A DNA stretch of 63,069 nt, filler included, from Octopus bimaculoides (lineage: Eukaryota): assembly GCF_001194135.2 (NCBI RefSeq). It is 4 parts of 4 records of this genome, joined end to end, with 100 filler letters (N's around TTAATTAATTAA, not from the genome) between each part and the next. Parts side by side here need not be neighbours in the genome. Positions count along the whole stretch, not along the records: positions 1 to 27,032 come from NC_068983.1; 3 more parts are not named here. One strand, 5' to 3'. Below, one piece after another: positions 13,352 to 26,252 of the stretch (positions are counted from its first letter, which is position 1; each line of letters begins with the position of its first letter). The position numbers and the translations under genes are program-made. The notes under the pieces were generated by a model. The model saw only the letters and a program-made list of their open reading frames with translations. It made no database searches and was not told the origin of the DNA.

Positions 13352-14010
13352 GGCGTAGGAGTGGCTGTGTGGTAAGTAGCTTGCTTACGAACCACATGGT
13401 TTTAGTTTCAGTCCTACTGCATGGCACCTTGGGCAAGTGTCTTCTACTATAGCCTCAGGTCGACCAAAGCCTTGTTAGTGGATTTGATAGACAGAAACTG
13501 AAAGAAGCCTGTCGTATCATCATCATCATCATTGTTTAACGTCCGCTTTCCATGCTAGCATGGATTGGACAATTTGACTGAGGACTGGTGAACCAGATGG
13601 CTACACCAGGCTCCAATCTGATTTGGCAGAGTTTCTACAGCTGGATGCCCTTCCTGACGCCAACCACTCCGAGAGTGTAGTGGGTGCTTTTATGTGCCAC
13701 CAGCACGAAGGCCAGTCAGGCGGTACTGGCAACGGCCACGCTCAAAATGGTGTATTTTAGGCAGGCGGTACTGGCAACGGCCAACATCACATAATCATCT
13801 CGTATATATGTGTATATATATATGTATGTGTTTGTCCCTCCACCATTGCTTGACAACCGATGCTGGTGTGTTTACGTCCCCGTAACTTAGCGGGGAGACC
13901 GATAGAATAAGTACTAGGCTTACAAAGAATAAGTCCTGGGGTCGATTTGCTCGACTAAAGGCGGTGCTCCAGCATGGCCACAGTCAAATGACTGAAATAA
14001 GTAAAAGAGA
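13352..14010 (+). mobile_element. SINE family B interrupted by an inverted family C element (13518-13795)
   Basis: B head at 13352-13517 and B tail at 13800-14010. A short duplication TCGTAT flanks the inserted copy. Confidence 0.85.
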
Positions 14011-14318
14011 AGAAACAATTCTTTAGTCTTGCTGGAAACAAGACAACTGCTCTTTTATTGGTGTTAAATTAGAATGCATCTAGTACAGACTATAAAACAA
14101 AATGTACAAGTGAGAATGTGGTTCTTGGCCTATTGAAGAGAGGGCACAATAATTATAAGTTGACTTGGAACATGACAGCCTGTTAACAAGGAGAGGCAAA
14201 CATAAAAATGAAGGTGGTGCTGATAATGTCTCTAGCAAAATTTACATTATTTTTAATTTTATTTTATTTGCCCACATGTAGAATTTATCATCACAAAGGT
14301 ATGTAATTATTATTTCAG

Positions 14319-14432
14319 GTGTTTTGGCTTGTCTAGATGGCTACATGAATATCGCTCTGGAGCAGACAGAGGAATATGTAAATGGTCAACTGAAGAACAG
14401 ATACGGTGATGCTTTCATCCGTGGAAATAATG
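14319..14432 (+). CDS. LSM6: LSm6, coding exon 2 of 3
   Basis: tatttcag acceptor. Encodes (G)VLACLDGYMNIALEQTEEYVNGQLKNRYGDAFIRGNN+G, covering the Sm1 DGYMN and Sm2 FIRGNN motifs. Donor GT at 14433, phases match the neighbouring exons. Confidence 0.98.
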
Positions 14433-14639
14433 GTACAGTCAGTTATTTTATTTTGTTGTTATTTAACCACAAGTCAGTTCAATTCTGATTGGGCAGGCCT
14501 ATGGTCAAAAGTAAGGGGTAGGATGTAATTTTAGACAGATTTGGTTGTTGTTTCTAAGAGGTTAAATGGCCTAATAGTCTTCCCTCATTTGCTCAAATCA
14601 TAGCTCTCAAGCAGAAGAGCAAGATTAAAGACATCGTGG

Positions 14640-15065
14640 TCATCATCATTTAACGTCTGCTTTCCATGCTAGCATGGGTTGGATGATTTGAGTGAGGACT
14701 GGTGAACCAGAAGGCTGCACCAGGCTCCAATCTGATCTGGCAGAGTTTCTTCAGCTGGATACCCTTCCTAACGCCAACCACTCTGAGAGTGTAGTGGGTG
14801 CTTTTACATGCCACCGGCACAAGGGCCAGTCAGGCAGTACTGGCAACGGCCATGCTCAAATGGTGTTTTTTTACATGCCACCTGCACAGGAGTCAGTCCA
14901 GCGGCACTGGCAACGACCTCACTCGAATGTTTTGTTCACATGCCACCGCCATAAGTGCCAGTAAGGCAATGCTGATAATGATCATGCTCAAATGGGGCTT
15001 TTTACGTGCCACCGGCACGGAAGCGTGACAGCTGCTATGGCAATGATCGCGCTCGGATGGTGCTA
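14640..15065 (-). mobile_element. Family C repeat with internal degenerate tandem units
   Basis: Reverse complement of the family C 3' end, followed by repeated GCCACC(G)GCAC...GGCAACG units. Confidence 0.8.
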
Positions 15066-15254
15066 TGGATTTAATAAATGGTTTGGTTCAAAATTCTAAG
15101 AACATTACCTGATACAACAGACATTGGATAATATAATGGCCAAAATGTTGACACTATAAGAACAATGATGAGGACTCTTGTCCAAATATATATTAATGCA
15201 TAAGAACAATTTGTCTTGGTTCTGCTTTGTTATTTACACTAAATATAGTGGTAA

Positions 15255-15410
15255 TAATCTTTTCTACTATAGGCACAAGGCCGAGAATTTGGGGAGAGGA
15301 GTTAATCAATTATGTTGACCCCAGTGCATAACTGGTACTTATTTCATTGACCTCCAAAAGGATGAAAGGCAAGGTAGACGTTAGCAGAATTTGAACTGAG
15401 AATGTAAAGA
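15255..15410 (-). mobile_element. SINE family A (old copy)
   Basis: Reverse-complement match to the family A body and tail. Confidence 0.75.
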
Positions 15411-15807
15411 CATGAAATGAATACAGTGGTACTAATGAAATACCCATGAAAAATAAACAAACAAACAAACTGGTTTCTTTTCATAAATAATTCATTTTTT
15501 AAAATTTTGATTTGTTAGTAAATACCTTGTTTATTGGGACTGCGTGTATCTATGATGCTGTTAAGTGGTTTTTGTTTGGAAGGGCATCCAGCCATAGAAT
15601 CTTGCCAAATCAAGCAATGGAATCCAACTTAGCCCTCCCTCTGGCTTGTCTGATTCTGTCAAACTATCCAACTCATGCCAGCATGGAACACAGATATTAA
15701 ACAATGACGATGGCTTTATGCCTATAGTAGAAAGGATTATTACCACTATATTTAGTGTTAATAACAAGGTAGAACCAAGACAAATTGTTCTTATGCATTA
15801 ATATATA

Positions 15808-16027
15808 CAATTCTTTATTGCCCACAAAGGGCTAAACATAGAAGGGACAAACAAATGGATTAAGTCGATTACATCGACTCCAGTGTGTAATTGGTACTTA
15901 TTTAATCGACCCCGAAAGGATGAAAGGCAAAGTTGACCTCGGCGGAATTTGAACTCTGAACGTAGCAGCAGACGAAATACCGATAAGCATTTCGCCCGGC
16001 GTGCTAACGGTTCTGCCAGCTCGCCAC
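15808..16027 (-). mobile_element. Full-length SINE family A with 18-bp TSD
   Basis: TSD CTTATGCATTAATATATA at 15790-15807 and 16028-16045. Confidence 0.92.
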
Positions 16028-16263
16028 CTTATGCATTAATATATATTTGGACAAGAGTCCTCATCATTGTTCTTATAGTCTCAACATTTTGGCCATTATA
16101 TTATCCAATGCCTGTTGTATCAGGTAATGTTCTTAGAATTAGTAGGATTTCTGCAATGCCTGCAGACTTTCTTCTGATGAATATATTGCCATATTTCTCC
16201 TGGTTGATTTTCAGTATTAATCTAAATGTTTTTTGCTTCCGTTTTCTTTTCTTATATTTGCAG

Positions 16264-16298
16264 TTCTGTACATAAGCACTCAAAAACGGCGAATATGA
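16264..16298 (+). CDS. LSM6: LSm6, coding exon 3 of 3 (stop TGA 16296-16298)
   Basis: atatttgcag acceptor, encodes (V)LYISTQKRRI*. The spliced CDS is 94+114+35=243 nt, giving 80 aa, the canonical LSm6 length and C-terminus. Confidence 0.96.
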
Positions 16299-16545
16299 AA
16301 GAATCAGGAAGTTAGCCTCTATTAAAAGAAAAAAAAAATTCTTTTTTTTACAACTGTCAATATTGTCATTATTTTTCATTCATGGAGGAGATACTGTAGG
16401 GAAAATTACCATACATATCTGAGTCAGATGATTATGAAGAAGAAAAAGAACGAGGAGGAGGAGGAAGAAAAGAGAAAATGTCTCAAATATATGGATATTT
16501 ATTTCTAATTGAGATTTTAGTGAAGGAAATACTGTGCTACATGTT

Positions 16546-16576
<31 letters not shown>

Positions 16577-17081
16577 TGCATCAATTTCATTTGGTGTTTT
16601 TCTGTTGCTAAATAGCAAACTTTCTTTTGACTGCTTACAAACCATACACATAGTTTTTTTTAATTAAGTCCTCATTTGGATTTTTAAAAAATAACAAACA
16701 CCAAAACAGGGAATGGTTCACTTATTTTAATAAATTATGGATCAGCATCAGCAGGTTGGTACATTAACCACAGAGTATAACAGCAATGTGATAAAGAAGG
16801 AAAAATTATATTCTTACATAAAGTTATGTAAGAATATAATTCTTCATTGTTTGTCTGGTTGCCACACACACACATATATATATATAATCGTCCAACCAAT
16901 GCCAGCATGGAATATGGACTTTAAATGATCATGACCTATCTATCTATCTATTTCAATTAGAGGTTATGTTAGCCTCATGAAGGGATAGTGTCATCCAAGG
17001 AAATACTGGTTCAATACCTAATATTTTGGGAGGAATTGATTTCCTTAAATAGGTATGTATATAAACTGAAGTTTATAATCA

Positions 17082-17487
17082 TATAAAAGAAGAAGAAAAT
17101 GGAGATTGTGAAGTTAATAAGAATTTATTATCAATAATAAATTGATTATTATCCCTTACAGCTGTTTCAATTATACAATGTGAATTGATTGAATATTAAG
17201 TTCATATTTCTGAACTTAATCTCTTCAGAGGGGAAAAAAATATACTCTTAGATGTTTTGTATGTTTGTTTATAGATTTGACTGCTGTGATGAATCTATAA
17301 ATGACATACAAAACATCTAAGGGTATATTTTTTTTCCCCTCTGAAGAGATTATGCTCAGAAATATGACCTTAATATTCAATTAATTCACTACGTATAATT
17401 GAAACAGCTGTAAGGGATAATGATCGATTTGTTGTCGATAATAAACTCTTATTAACTTCACAATCTCCATTTCCTTCTCCCTTTATC
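17082..17487. repeat. ~400-bp fold-back (hairpin) element, probably a MITE
   Basis: Arms ~17082-17277 and 17292-17487 are about 90% reverse-complementary around a 14-nt loop. Flanks are TA-rich. Confidence 0.9.
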
Positions 17488-18177
17488 TATATATCTATCT
17501 ATCTCTATATATATATTTTATATATATACCGCAGTAAATATAATGAAGTAAATATATAAATTTATATAAATGAGGATAAGATCACCTCATTTATATATAT
17601 GTATTATATATATATATATATTGACTTTATATCTGCTTTTCTACGCAAGCAGTGAACTTTCACATGTCTCATTTTTGCAACACCTCTCCTCTCAGAAACA
17701 CACTTCTCTCATCATCCAACTCCTTGGTTTGCTTCTTTGATAGGAACCTTCCACCACCAACACATTGTACCCTCAGCCACTAGATTTGCATCATCCATTC
17801 ACACTACACACCAATCCCTGAAAAATATTAGCTACCACCACCTCTAAAACCTAATTACATTCCTTCTTCGTTTGCACTCAGTTTAACTTGCCAACAGATC
17901 ACACTCAGCTCATTATTCCCCAATATCATCTGATACTCTGTATTCACAGCTCATGTCTCAATTCTGAAGTGAACCACACTTCTTATACATGCTTTATTAA
18001 GTCTTCCCTCTTTTAATTTGCTTTTAGTGGATGGGGTGTCAAGCTTTTTTCTTTACTTTACAAAAGAGAGTTCTACTTAATCTTACCCTATTTAACTCAT
18101 TCCATGCAGATATTAGATATTAACTTACTCAGTTCATGAATTGTTTAAATCACTTAGATAGGATCAGTACATATCTG

Positions 18178-18232
<55 letters not shown>

Positions 18233-18323
18233 TACATACACACACACATGTGTCTATATATACATGCATATAAAGAAATATAATTGGAATCCTTCAAANN
18301 NNNNNNNNATCAGTACATATCTG

Positions 18324-18366
<43 letters not shown>

Positions 18367-20180
18367 AGCTAGGTGTTAAATAACTACCTAAGGGATATTA
18401 AATATCCGAAGAATTTACTGTTTTTTTTTATCTGTGTCAATAACAATGTTATGAACTATGGCTCTTAACAAATAGGTAAACAAATAAAATAAACATGGTT
18501 TATCAATATATAAATATAAATTAGAAATGGAAACCAAAACAATAAATTGAACAATTGTTCAATTTGTTTTGGTTTATATAAATGAGAAAAGGAAGAAAAT
18601 AGAAAAAAATTGATGTACGGACATTCAAAGGCATTCAAATTCAATATATATATGGATTATTAAAAATAAGGATTACTCTGAAGTAGCAATAGCATTACCT
18701 TTAATTCTATAATTATATACTGCCTTTTAAGACCTACACATGTTTCTGTTGCACTGATTAGTAATCATTGCAGTTGCATCCCTACTATAAAACAGTGCAG
18801 TCTCTTCAGGGTCTTAACTTGATAGCCTTATGTATGGCTATTATATATATATATACACACACACACGTGTGTGTGTGTACGTATATGTGTATTTGTGTGT
18901 ATGTATATAATTGAAAGCAAAAAAAAAAAAATACAGAGATCTCTAATGAGAAATTTAAATTGTTGTTTCTAATTTTCAATACAAAAAGAGATTATTTAAT
19001 ATTGTTTAAAAACTGTCAAACCATACATAAACATAAGCATAAAATTATTTCTATGTCATAGTTTTGGCAGTTCCTGAGCTGTTTTATTTAATTGGTTTAG
19101 CAAAAATAAAACATTTTATTTCTTTATGTAAAGATATGAAAGAAAAACTGTTTGCAAGTCTCCGTAACTCCATTTTCCTTTTTCTTTCTTTTGTAATAAA
19201 ATTCAAAATATTTGAAATAATTTGTGATTTTAAATCTCTTTCCTTACCTATCATCTTATTCTTACATTTTTGTTTTGAGTTTGTTCACAGCTACAGTACT
19301 GGAAAGTTTTGTATTTTGTTACCAATTTAACATAGTCCAACCACCAAAACAAAAAACAAAAAAAAATGCGGTTTAGCTAGGCTAGTTTGCTTGGTTGACA
19401 CATTGAGTTGTCTGCTCCTGTATCACAAACACTGGAACTAGAAAACTCAAAATGTTATCAGTCATTCAGTTAATGATTATCAGTATCATCGTCTTGGTTG
19501 TGGCTGCTTGATGGAGAAGAAGAAGAAAACCAGTGTTCTGTAGGGTTCTAATGTTTCAAACAGGACCCATCTTATAGAGAACAAAAAAAAAAATTAATGA
19601 ATTGCCCTGAGAGAAATGTTAGAATTCACATCTCCCTCACGATATGCATACGCATGTTGAACTTTGACCTTAACCATTTTAGCAAGTCACTTAGTGGCTG
19701 ACAATATGTCCATCTCTGATGATGAGCAGGAGTAGTTGGGGAGCATCATAGCCATGTGCTGAGAGGGATTCTTTGGGGTTTGAATAAATATAACACAAGC
19801 AAAGTTTGAAGGAAATATTAGTAGTAGTAGAAGACACCAAAGGTGCCATGCAGTGGGACTGAACCTGCAAGCATGTGGTTGGGAAGCAAACTTCTAACCA
19901 CACATCCACATTTTAGTTCATCCTTCCAAGAACCTTTACCTTCTGGAATTCTCACCCTGCATGTATTTTTTCCTGTTGCCTTCAAACTGCAACAATTCAA
20001 GAGGGACTTTGACCCACTCCAAAGTATTATTTATATTGTCAACTGATTGCTTGAGTGTTATCTCCCTTGCTTGGTGTTTTTAGATTTTAAAACACCACAT
20101 ACAAGGAGTTTTTGTCTACTAATTAGCTGGATAATCACAACTGATCAATGTTTTTGAACTCACTATATTACATCATCTAT

Positions 20181-20585
20181 AGGTGCAAGAGTGGCTGTGT
20201 GGTAAGTAGCTTGCTTACCAACCACATGGTTCTGGGTTCAGTCCCACTGCGTGGTATCTTGGGCAAGTGTCTTCTACTATAGCCTCGGGCCGATCAAAGC
20301 CGTGTGAGTGGATTTGGTAGACGGAAACTGAAAGAAGCCTGTCATATATATGTATATATATACATGTATGTGTGTGTGTGTCTGTGTTTGTTCCCCTAGC
20401 ATTGCTTGACAACCGATGCTGGTGTGTTTATGTCCCCATTACTTAGCGGTTTGGCAAAAGAAACCGATAGAATAAGTACTAGGCTTACAAAGAATAAGTC
20501 CTGGGGTCGATTTGCTTGACTAAAAGCGGTGCTCCAGCATGGCCACAGTCAAATGACTGAAACAAATAAAAGAGTAAAGAGTATA
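20181..20585 (+). mobile_element. Full-length SINE family B
   Basis: Head GGTGCAAGAGTGGCTGTGTGG..GGGTTCAGTCCC, internal microsatellite and (TAAAAGAG)n tail. Confidence 0.9.
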
Positions 20586-21345
20586 TGTCAAACTTTATTG
20601 CATTCCAGATGAAGATTATAAATAGTATTGATCTCATTGACTTCAGACGGCTTGTGGAAGCCAAGGGCACTNNNNNNNNNNNNNNNNNNNNNNNNNNNNN
20701 NNNNNNNNNNNNNNNNNNNNNNNNNNNNNNNNNNNNNNNNNNNNNNNNNNNNNNNNNNNNNNNNNNNNNNNNNNNNNNNNNNNNNNNNNNNNNNNNNNNN
20801 NNNNNNNNNNNNNNNNNNNNNNNNNNNNNNNNNNNNNNNNNNNNNNNNNNNNNNNNNNNNNNNNNNNNNNNNNNNNNNNNNNNNNNNNNNNNNNNNNNNN
20901 NNNNNNNNNNNNNNNNNNNNNNNNNNNNNNNNNNNNNNNNNNNNNNNNNNNNNNNNNNNNNNNNNNNNNNNNNNNNNNNNNNNNNNNNNNNNNNNNNNNN
21001 NNNNNNNNNNNNNNNNNNNNNNNNNNNNNNNNNNNNNNNNNNNNNNNNNNNNNNNNNNNNNNNNNNNNNNNNNNNNNNNNNNNNNNNNNNNNNNNNNNNN
21101 NNNNNNNNNNNNNNNNNNNNNNNNNNNNNNNNNNNNNNNNNNNNNNNNNNNNNNNNNNNNNNNNNNNNNNNNNNNNNNNNNNNNNNNNNNNNNNNNNNNN
21201 NNNNNNNNNNNNNNNNNNNNNNNNNNNNNNNNNNNNNNNNNNNNNNNNNNNNNNNNNNNNNNNNNNNNNNNNNNNNNNNNNNNNNNNNNNNNNNNNNNNN
21301 NNNNNNNNNNNNNNNNNNNNNNNNNNNNNNNNNNNNNNNNNNNNN

Positions 21346-21545
21346 GTGTTTGTCCCCCCAACATCGCTTGACAACCGATGCTGGTGTGTTTACATCCCTG
21401 TCACTTAGCGGTTCGGCAAAAGAAACTGATAGAATAAGTACTAGGCTTACAAAGAGTAAGTCCTGGGGTCGATTTTCTCGACTAAAGGCGGTGCTCCAGC
21501 ATTGCCGCAGTCAAATGACTGAAACAAGTAAAAGAATAAAAAAAA
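21346..21545 (+). mobile_element. SINE family B 3' half (5' part in the gap)
   Basis: Near-identical to the 3' halves of the other B copies. Confidence 0.88.
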
Positions 21546-22324
21546 GTTAAAAATACAATGATTTAAGCATTCTTTTTGTGGTGTGTTTCTCATTCATCTT
21601 CTGAAATAATAGTTAAATGGGGTAACGCGGTGTGTGTGAACTGTACAGTGCTTTCCACATTATATTCGTGAGTTAGTTGTAGTGGAAGGGATGCTACGTA
21701 CATGGAGAGGAGTGGTATTGCTGTAGTGAAAAGCATGTAGAGTTTAAGGAAGGTGGTGGTGACGGAAATGGTGCAATTTGGCTTCTGTATAAGGTTGTTA
21801 CTTTATATACCGTATTTGATGGCATTTTAGATGCATCCTAATTTCAGTAGCGCGTATTCAAGAAAAAAAAAGTGTTTAGGGTTAAAGTTTATGGGAAGCC
21901 CAACAACGTACAGTGAACTTGGTGTGATTTTTTTTTGGAAACATTTTGTTTTTGAATCATCAAATACGGTGTATGTGTTTGCTGTATTGAAAGCTGGTGG
22001 GAGGGGCATCAATTTGGCGACTACTTTGGGTAGCCACTTAATATATGCCTGTCTGCTTTTGTTAGAGTTATATCAGATTAAAAAAAAAAAAGGATTGGCC
22101 CAAACTCATGCGATGCCAAATCGTAACTTTGTTTCTAAACTATTTTTCATAGACATTTTTTTTCACATCTCCATTAACGAAACATCCTCACCCCGCCTTC
22201 AATCATGAATTGTCCTAAATGTCTTTACTCGTTTTTAGACTCAGCCTTTGTTTCATACTTCCTGAGTTATGAAGGGTTTCCTTTCATAAATCTCAAGTTA
22301 TTCACGTGGTTGGAACAAATTGGA

Positions 22325-22539
22325 GGATCTTGTTAAATTTCTTTCAACCACTTGAAGTGTTTCAATTTTTCACCAAAATATTTTCAAAAAAATATAGTTC
22401 TGATATAATTTTGCATGCCATGACGAAAACCGCATTTATTTTTTTTCTAGAAATTAATAAAGAAATCAGAAGCATTTAAAGTTACGTAAAAACAATGAAG
22501 TGAAACTTCAAAGTGGTTGGAAGAAATTTAACAAAATCC
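22325..22539. mobile_element. MITE-like element with ~35-bp imperfect TIRs
   Basis: GGATCTTGTTAAATTTCTTTCAACCACTTGAAGT (22325-22358) versus ACTTCAAAGTGGTTGGAAGAAATTTAACAAAATCC (22505-22539). No clear TSD. Confidence 0.65.
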
Positions 22540-24251
22540 AATTTGGGACGTGTATCGTATATAATGCAATGGAAACCATGGAAAGATGTCCTGTGTATTA
22601 TATCTGATACACAGTACAGCATAGGGTTAATATATGGGTGTTAGTTGTAGTCGAAAGTATGTTAAGTTTAAGAAAGGAGCGGCCAAACCCACGCAATACT
22701 ACGCAACCGTGATAGTTATGAAATTTTAACCCTGTTTCTTAACTATTTCTCATCGGCATCCCACCCTCCTTTCTCGTAATCAATAACTTCATAATTAAAG
22801 AGAGAAAAAAAAAGATATTCTTTGACTTTTAAATAGATCAATTAATTCTGCCGGCTTCGGTTTTGGTTAATTATCTTCCCTTTACTAAAATAAATATTAA
22901 TAATAACAAGAAAGAAAAACAACTTCTCTACCAATCGTTTAGTTAGTGATTCACTTTCTGTTAGCTACTTTGTAACTAGCAACAGTAGCTGTAAAGCCGT
23001 ATTACACAAACATACATCCTTATAACATAAACAGTACCCTGCTCTCAGAGACTATGTTGGATTAAGTAACTACACCAGGTAAGTTATTACTTTATATATA
23101 TATAATTCGTGATATACATCATCTTTATGATTTGTTTCATCCGAGAAAAAAAAAAATCAAAGCAAAACAAATCGAATTGCGAACTAATAATTTTACGGCG
23201 TTACCTCTAATCGGTACTTGATGCGTTCTACTAGAAATAACAGTAAAATCCTCTTTATATTACACTCTGCTGTTTAAAAAATATAGAGATACGTTGTGTA
23301 ATGTAATTCTAGATATGTAATAGAGAAAAACAGAAATGGTCATGGTTAAACTGTCTTTCATCATTTGTCTGCTCAGTCAGGGATGACGACCTGGAACTAA
23401 ACAAAAACCACTGCGTTTGACATGGTTTTAATTATCATTTTCAGTGTCGCGACGGTGTTGTTTATTTTCTTCTTCTAAACAAACAGGTTATTAAATCAAT
23501 AAATAGTAGTAGTCAATATAGGTAAATAAAGGTACCAAAGAAGAAAAAAAAGTTTAATCTGCATGCTTATCGTAGAAGACTAGTCTAGGCGTAGCTTTAG
23601 GGTTAATAGAATATTGAAAGAACTTTGAGAGGCGTTATGGGTTTATGGAAGAATATGTGATAACAAGTCGAAAAGAATCAAACTCTTTCTGATATGCTTA
23701 ACAGGTTCGATACGGCATATATTGGATTTATCTTTCCACCCCAAGGTTCTAACACTACTGCTTCAAGTTTTCCTTTTCACTCCATCCATTTCCTTAAAGA
23801 AGTTTTTGTTCTTATTTGAAGTTAACTGATTCACTCGACAAAAACATAAACATCATTGAAACTATCTTATTCAACTGTAGATTTATCCCCAAGAAAATAT
23901 TTTTTATTTGTATATTATTGTCATTAATCCGTCTGGGACAGACAAAATAAAGTACCATTTAGGTACTGAGGACGATCTAACTGACAACATCATCCGGCAA
24001 ATGTGTTGTCCGGTGCCAATGCTAAAATCATCATCATTATTATTATATCATTACGTAATTTCTTTGCACAAGCACTGACTGCAATTGACCCAGTAAGGGT
24101 GTGTCGGGTACGGCACGCCGAAAAGTAGACTGACTTGTGTATATATACACAACACATCTTTACATATCTCACGTCTGTTTTCATTCTTCCACTTCACTCT
24201 GTATTTCATATCTTCTCTATAATAACTATTACTTAAACATTTTCTAGCACC

Positions 24252-24298
24252 GTCTCTGATGAAGGGATATATAAAAATCCCGGAAACTGCTGTAAGAC
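24252..24298 (+). ncRNA. Minimal type-I hammerhead ribozyme motif (Penelope-type)
   Basis: GTCT-CTGATGA-A-GGGAT(ATATAAAA)ATCCC-G-GAAAC-TGCT-GTA-AGAC. Stem I is GTCT/AGAC, the core CUGAUGA and GAAA are intact, stem II is 5 bp, stem III is 2 bp, and the cleavage triplet is GUA. Confidence 0.75.
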
Positions 24299-25099
24299 CT
24301 TCTCTTTATAAATGTTCAGAAAACTATTCACAGCCTTGAAGAAACTAGTTTGGACAATTTATTTTGTTTATCAATAGTACAAATATATATTATATATATA
24401 TATATATATATAACAAGGGTTTTTTTTAGCAGTGTTTAAAAATTCGAAGTAGAAATATACATTCCTACTATAAAGTATTCTTTATAATATATGCTTTTAG
24501 AGCTTAGCACCAAGTTTTTAACACTTTGGTGTCAGACAAAATAAGCTACAGTAATTTTGGCTGGCAGCCAACATTACATTGACTTTTATCTCGTTATATC
24601 AGATGGAAATGGACGGGTAGTCTTGTGATTAACTAAAAATAATATCATGTTACTCTATGCATTGAAATAAACTTTTATTGAAGCTGTGTGTGTCTGAGTT
24701 TAGTGCGGTTACAATACATAAAGTTTATGTTAAAATGAATTTCTCGCTGGCATCTGTAAAATCTTTCAACCGTGGAACAAAAACTAGGCACGAGGCTTTA
24801 CAGTAAATATTACTTACTCCACAGTTTATTTATTCTACCACGAGTTCAAATTATGTGGAAATAAAAGAATATTAATTATACGATCGTCGTAGGATTGTTT
24901 TTATGTGAACCTGATCTTCGACTAGAAAGTGAGTTTATTTCAAATTACATATACCGTAACATATATCGGCCTATTTTCTTAAAGTACTTATAAGTTTAAA
25001 TGTACATCATAGTTATCGACGTTTGAAGGATGAAAGTGCAGTATGAGTAAGTGTCTGATAGGTCCAGTGCGTTTAAACAGAACTGAATTTACGGACACG

Positions 25100-25310
25100 A
25101 TATTGACTTCATATTCTACCGAGGGCCCAGTATAAACTTCATATATTAGTGAGAGCCCAATATTAACCTTAAATATTACCGAGAACCTGTATTATATTAA
25201 TCTCATTTACTTATGGGGATATGACAGTTAATAATAAACTTGTGAGGACCCAATATTAACCTCAAATACTACTGAGAGCCCTATATTTAATCTTATATTC
25301 TACTCAGACA
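25100..25310 (+). repeat. Degenerate ~30-bp minisatellite
   Basis: About 6-7 units related to ATATTAACCTCATATTCTACCGAGAGCCCA. Confidence 0.7.
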
Positions 25311-25865
25311 CGTTGGTTGTGTATACCGTAAATAATTACCACAGAAAGAAAACCCAACATAGTTACAGGCAGTTATAAATACTCACATTGTGTGTATGCA
25401 GTATTGATTGTTGAGTATAATTCATTATCGATATAATGTCCAATCCTGGGACAGCTACTGCTGCATTATTAATAAAACAAAACCAATAAAATCTGTCTGT
25501 ATCAGGTCAACATCATGTTCGATATTATGAACGGAAGGGTGAGTTCTGTAAACAAAACATACCGAAGAGAGACAAGTTTATCAGTCATCAAGCCCTCGTT
25601 TCTTTATGGTTTTTATATCGATCTCTTGAAAATGTAGGTTTGTTCAACCATGATTTTCATACCACTGTGTTCCTGTGAATGAGTAGAAAATGATATTTAG
25701 AAATTCTCCACAACTCTGGTAAATCTAGGGTTATTGATTAATCTAAATAAACAGGCCAAAATGTGTTCGGTTAGGAAGTATTGAGGTTAAATGGCATTTT
25801 AGAGCACCAGCGGGATGAAAGTAAAATAAAAAACTGAAACAGCGAAATGTTATTTAGTATCTCTA

Positions 25866-26013
25866 CTGTGGTAAGTAGCTTGCTTATCAACCACATGGTT
25901 CCGGGTTCAGTCCCACTGCGTGGCACCTTGGGCAAGTGTCTTCTACTATAGCCTCGGGCCAACCAAAGCCTTGTGAGTGGATTTGGTAGACGGAAACTGA
26001 AAAGAAGCCCGTC

Positions 26014-26057
<44 letters not shown>

Positions 26058-26252
26058 CTGTGTTTGTCCCCACACCATCGCTTGACAGCCGATGCTGGTG
26101 TGTTTACGTCCCCGTCACTTAGCGGTTCGGCAAAAAGAAACTGATAGAATAAGTACTAGGCTTACAAAGAATAAGTCCTGGGGTCGATTTTCTCGACTAA
26201 AGGCGGTGCTCCAGCATGGCCGCAGTCAAATGACTGAAACAAGTAAAAGAGT
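25866..26252 (+). mobile_element. SINE family B (near full length)
   Basis: Close match to 20181-20585. Confidence 0.9.

Larger units (their letters stand above)
15092..16140. repeat. Inverted duplication (~190-bp arms, ~96% identical) in the last LSM6 intron
   Basis: 15092-15282 is the reverse complement of 15712-16140 once the SINE at 15808-16027 and one TSD copy are removed. About 8 mismatches by manual count. Confidence 0.93.

Noticed and set aside
18163-18360. Direct repeat ATCAGTACATATCTGTCA(TA)n on both sides of a 10-N gap
   Set aside because: This is the pattern of overlapping contig ends or allelic duplication, so it is a probable assembly artefact.
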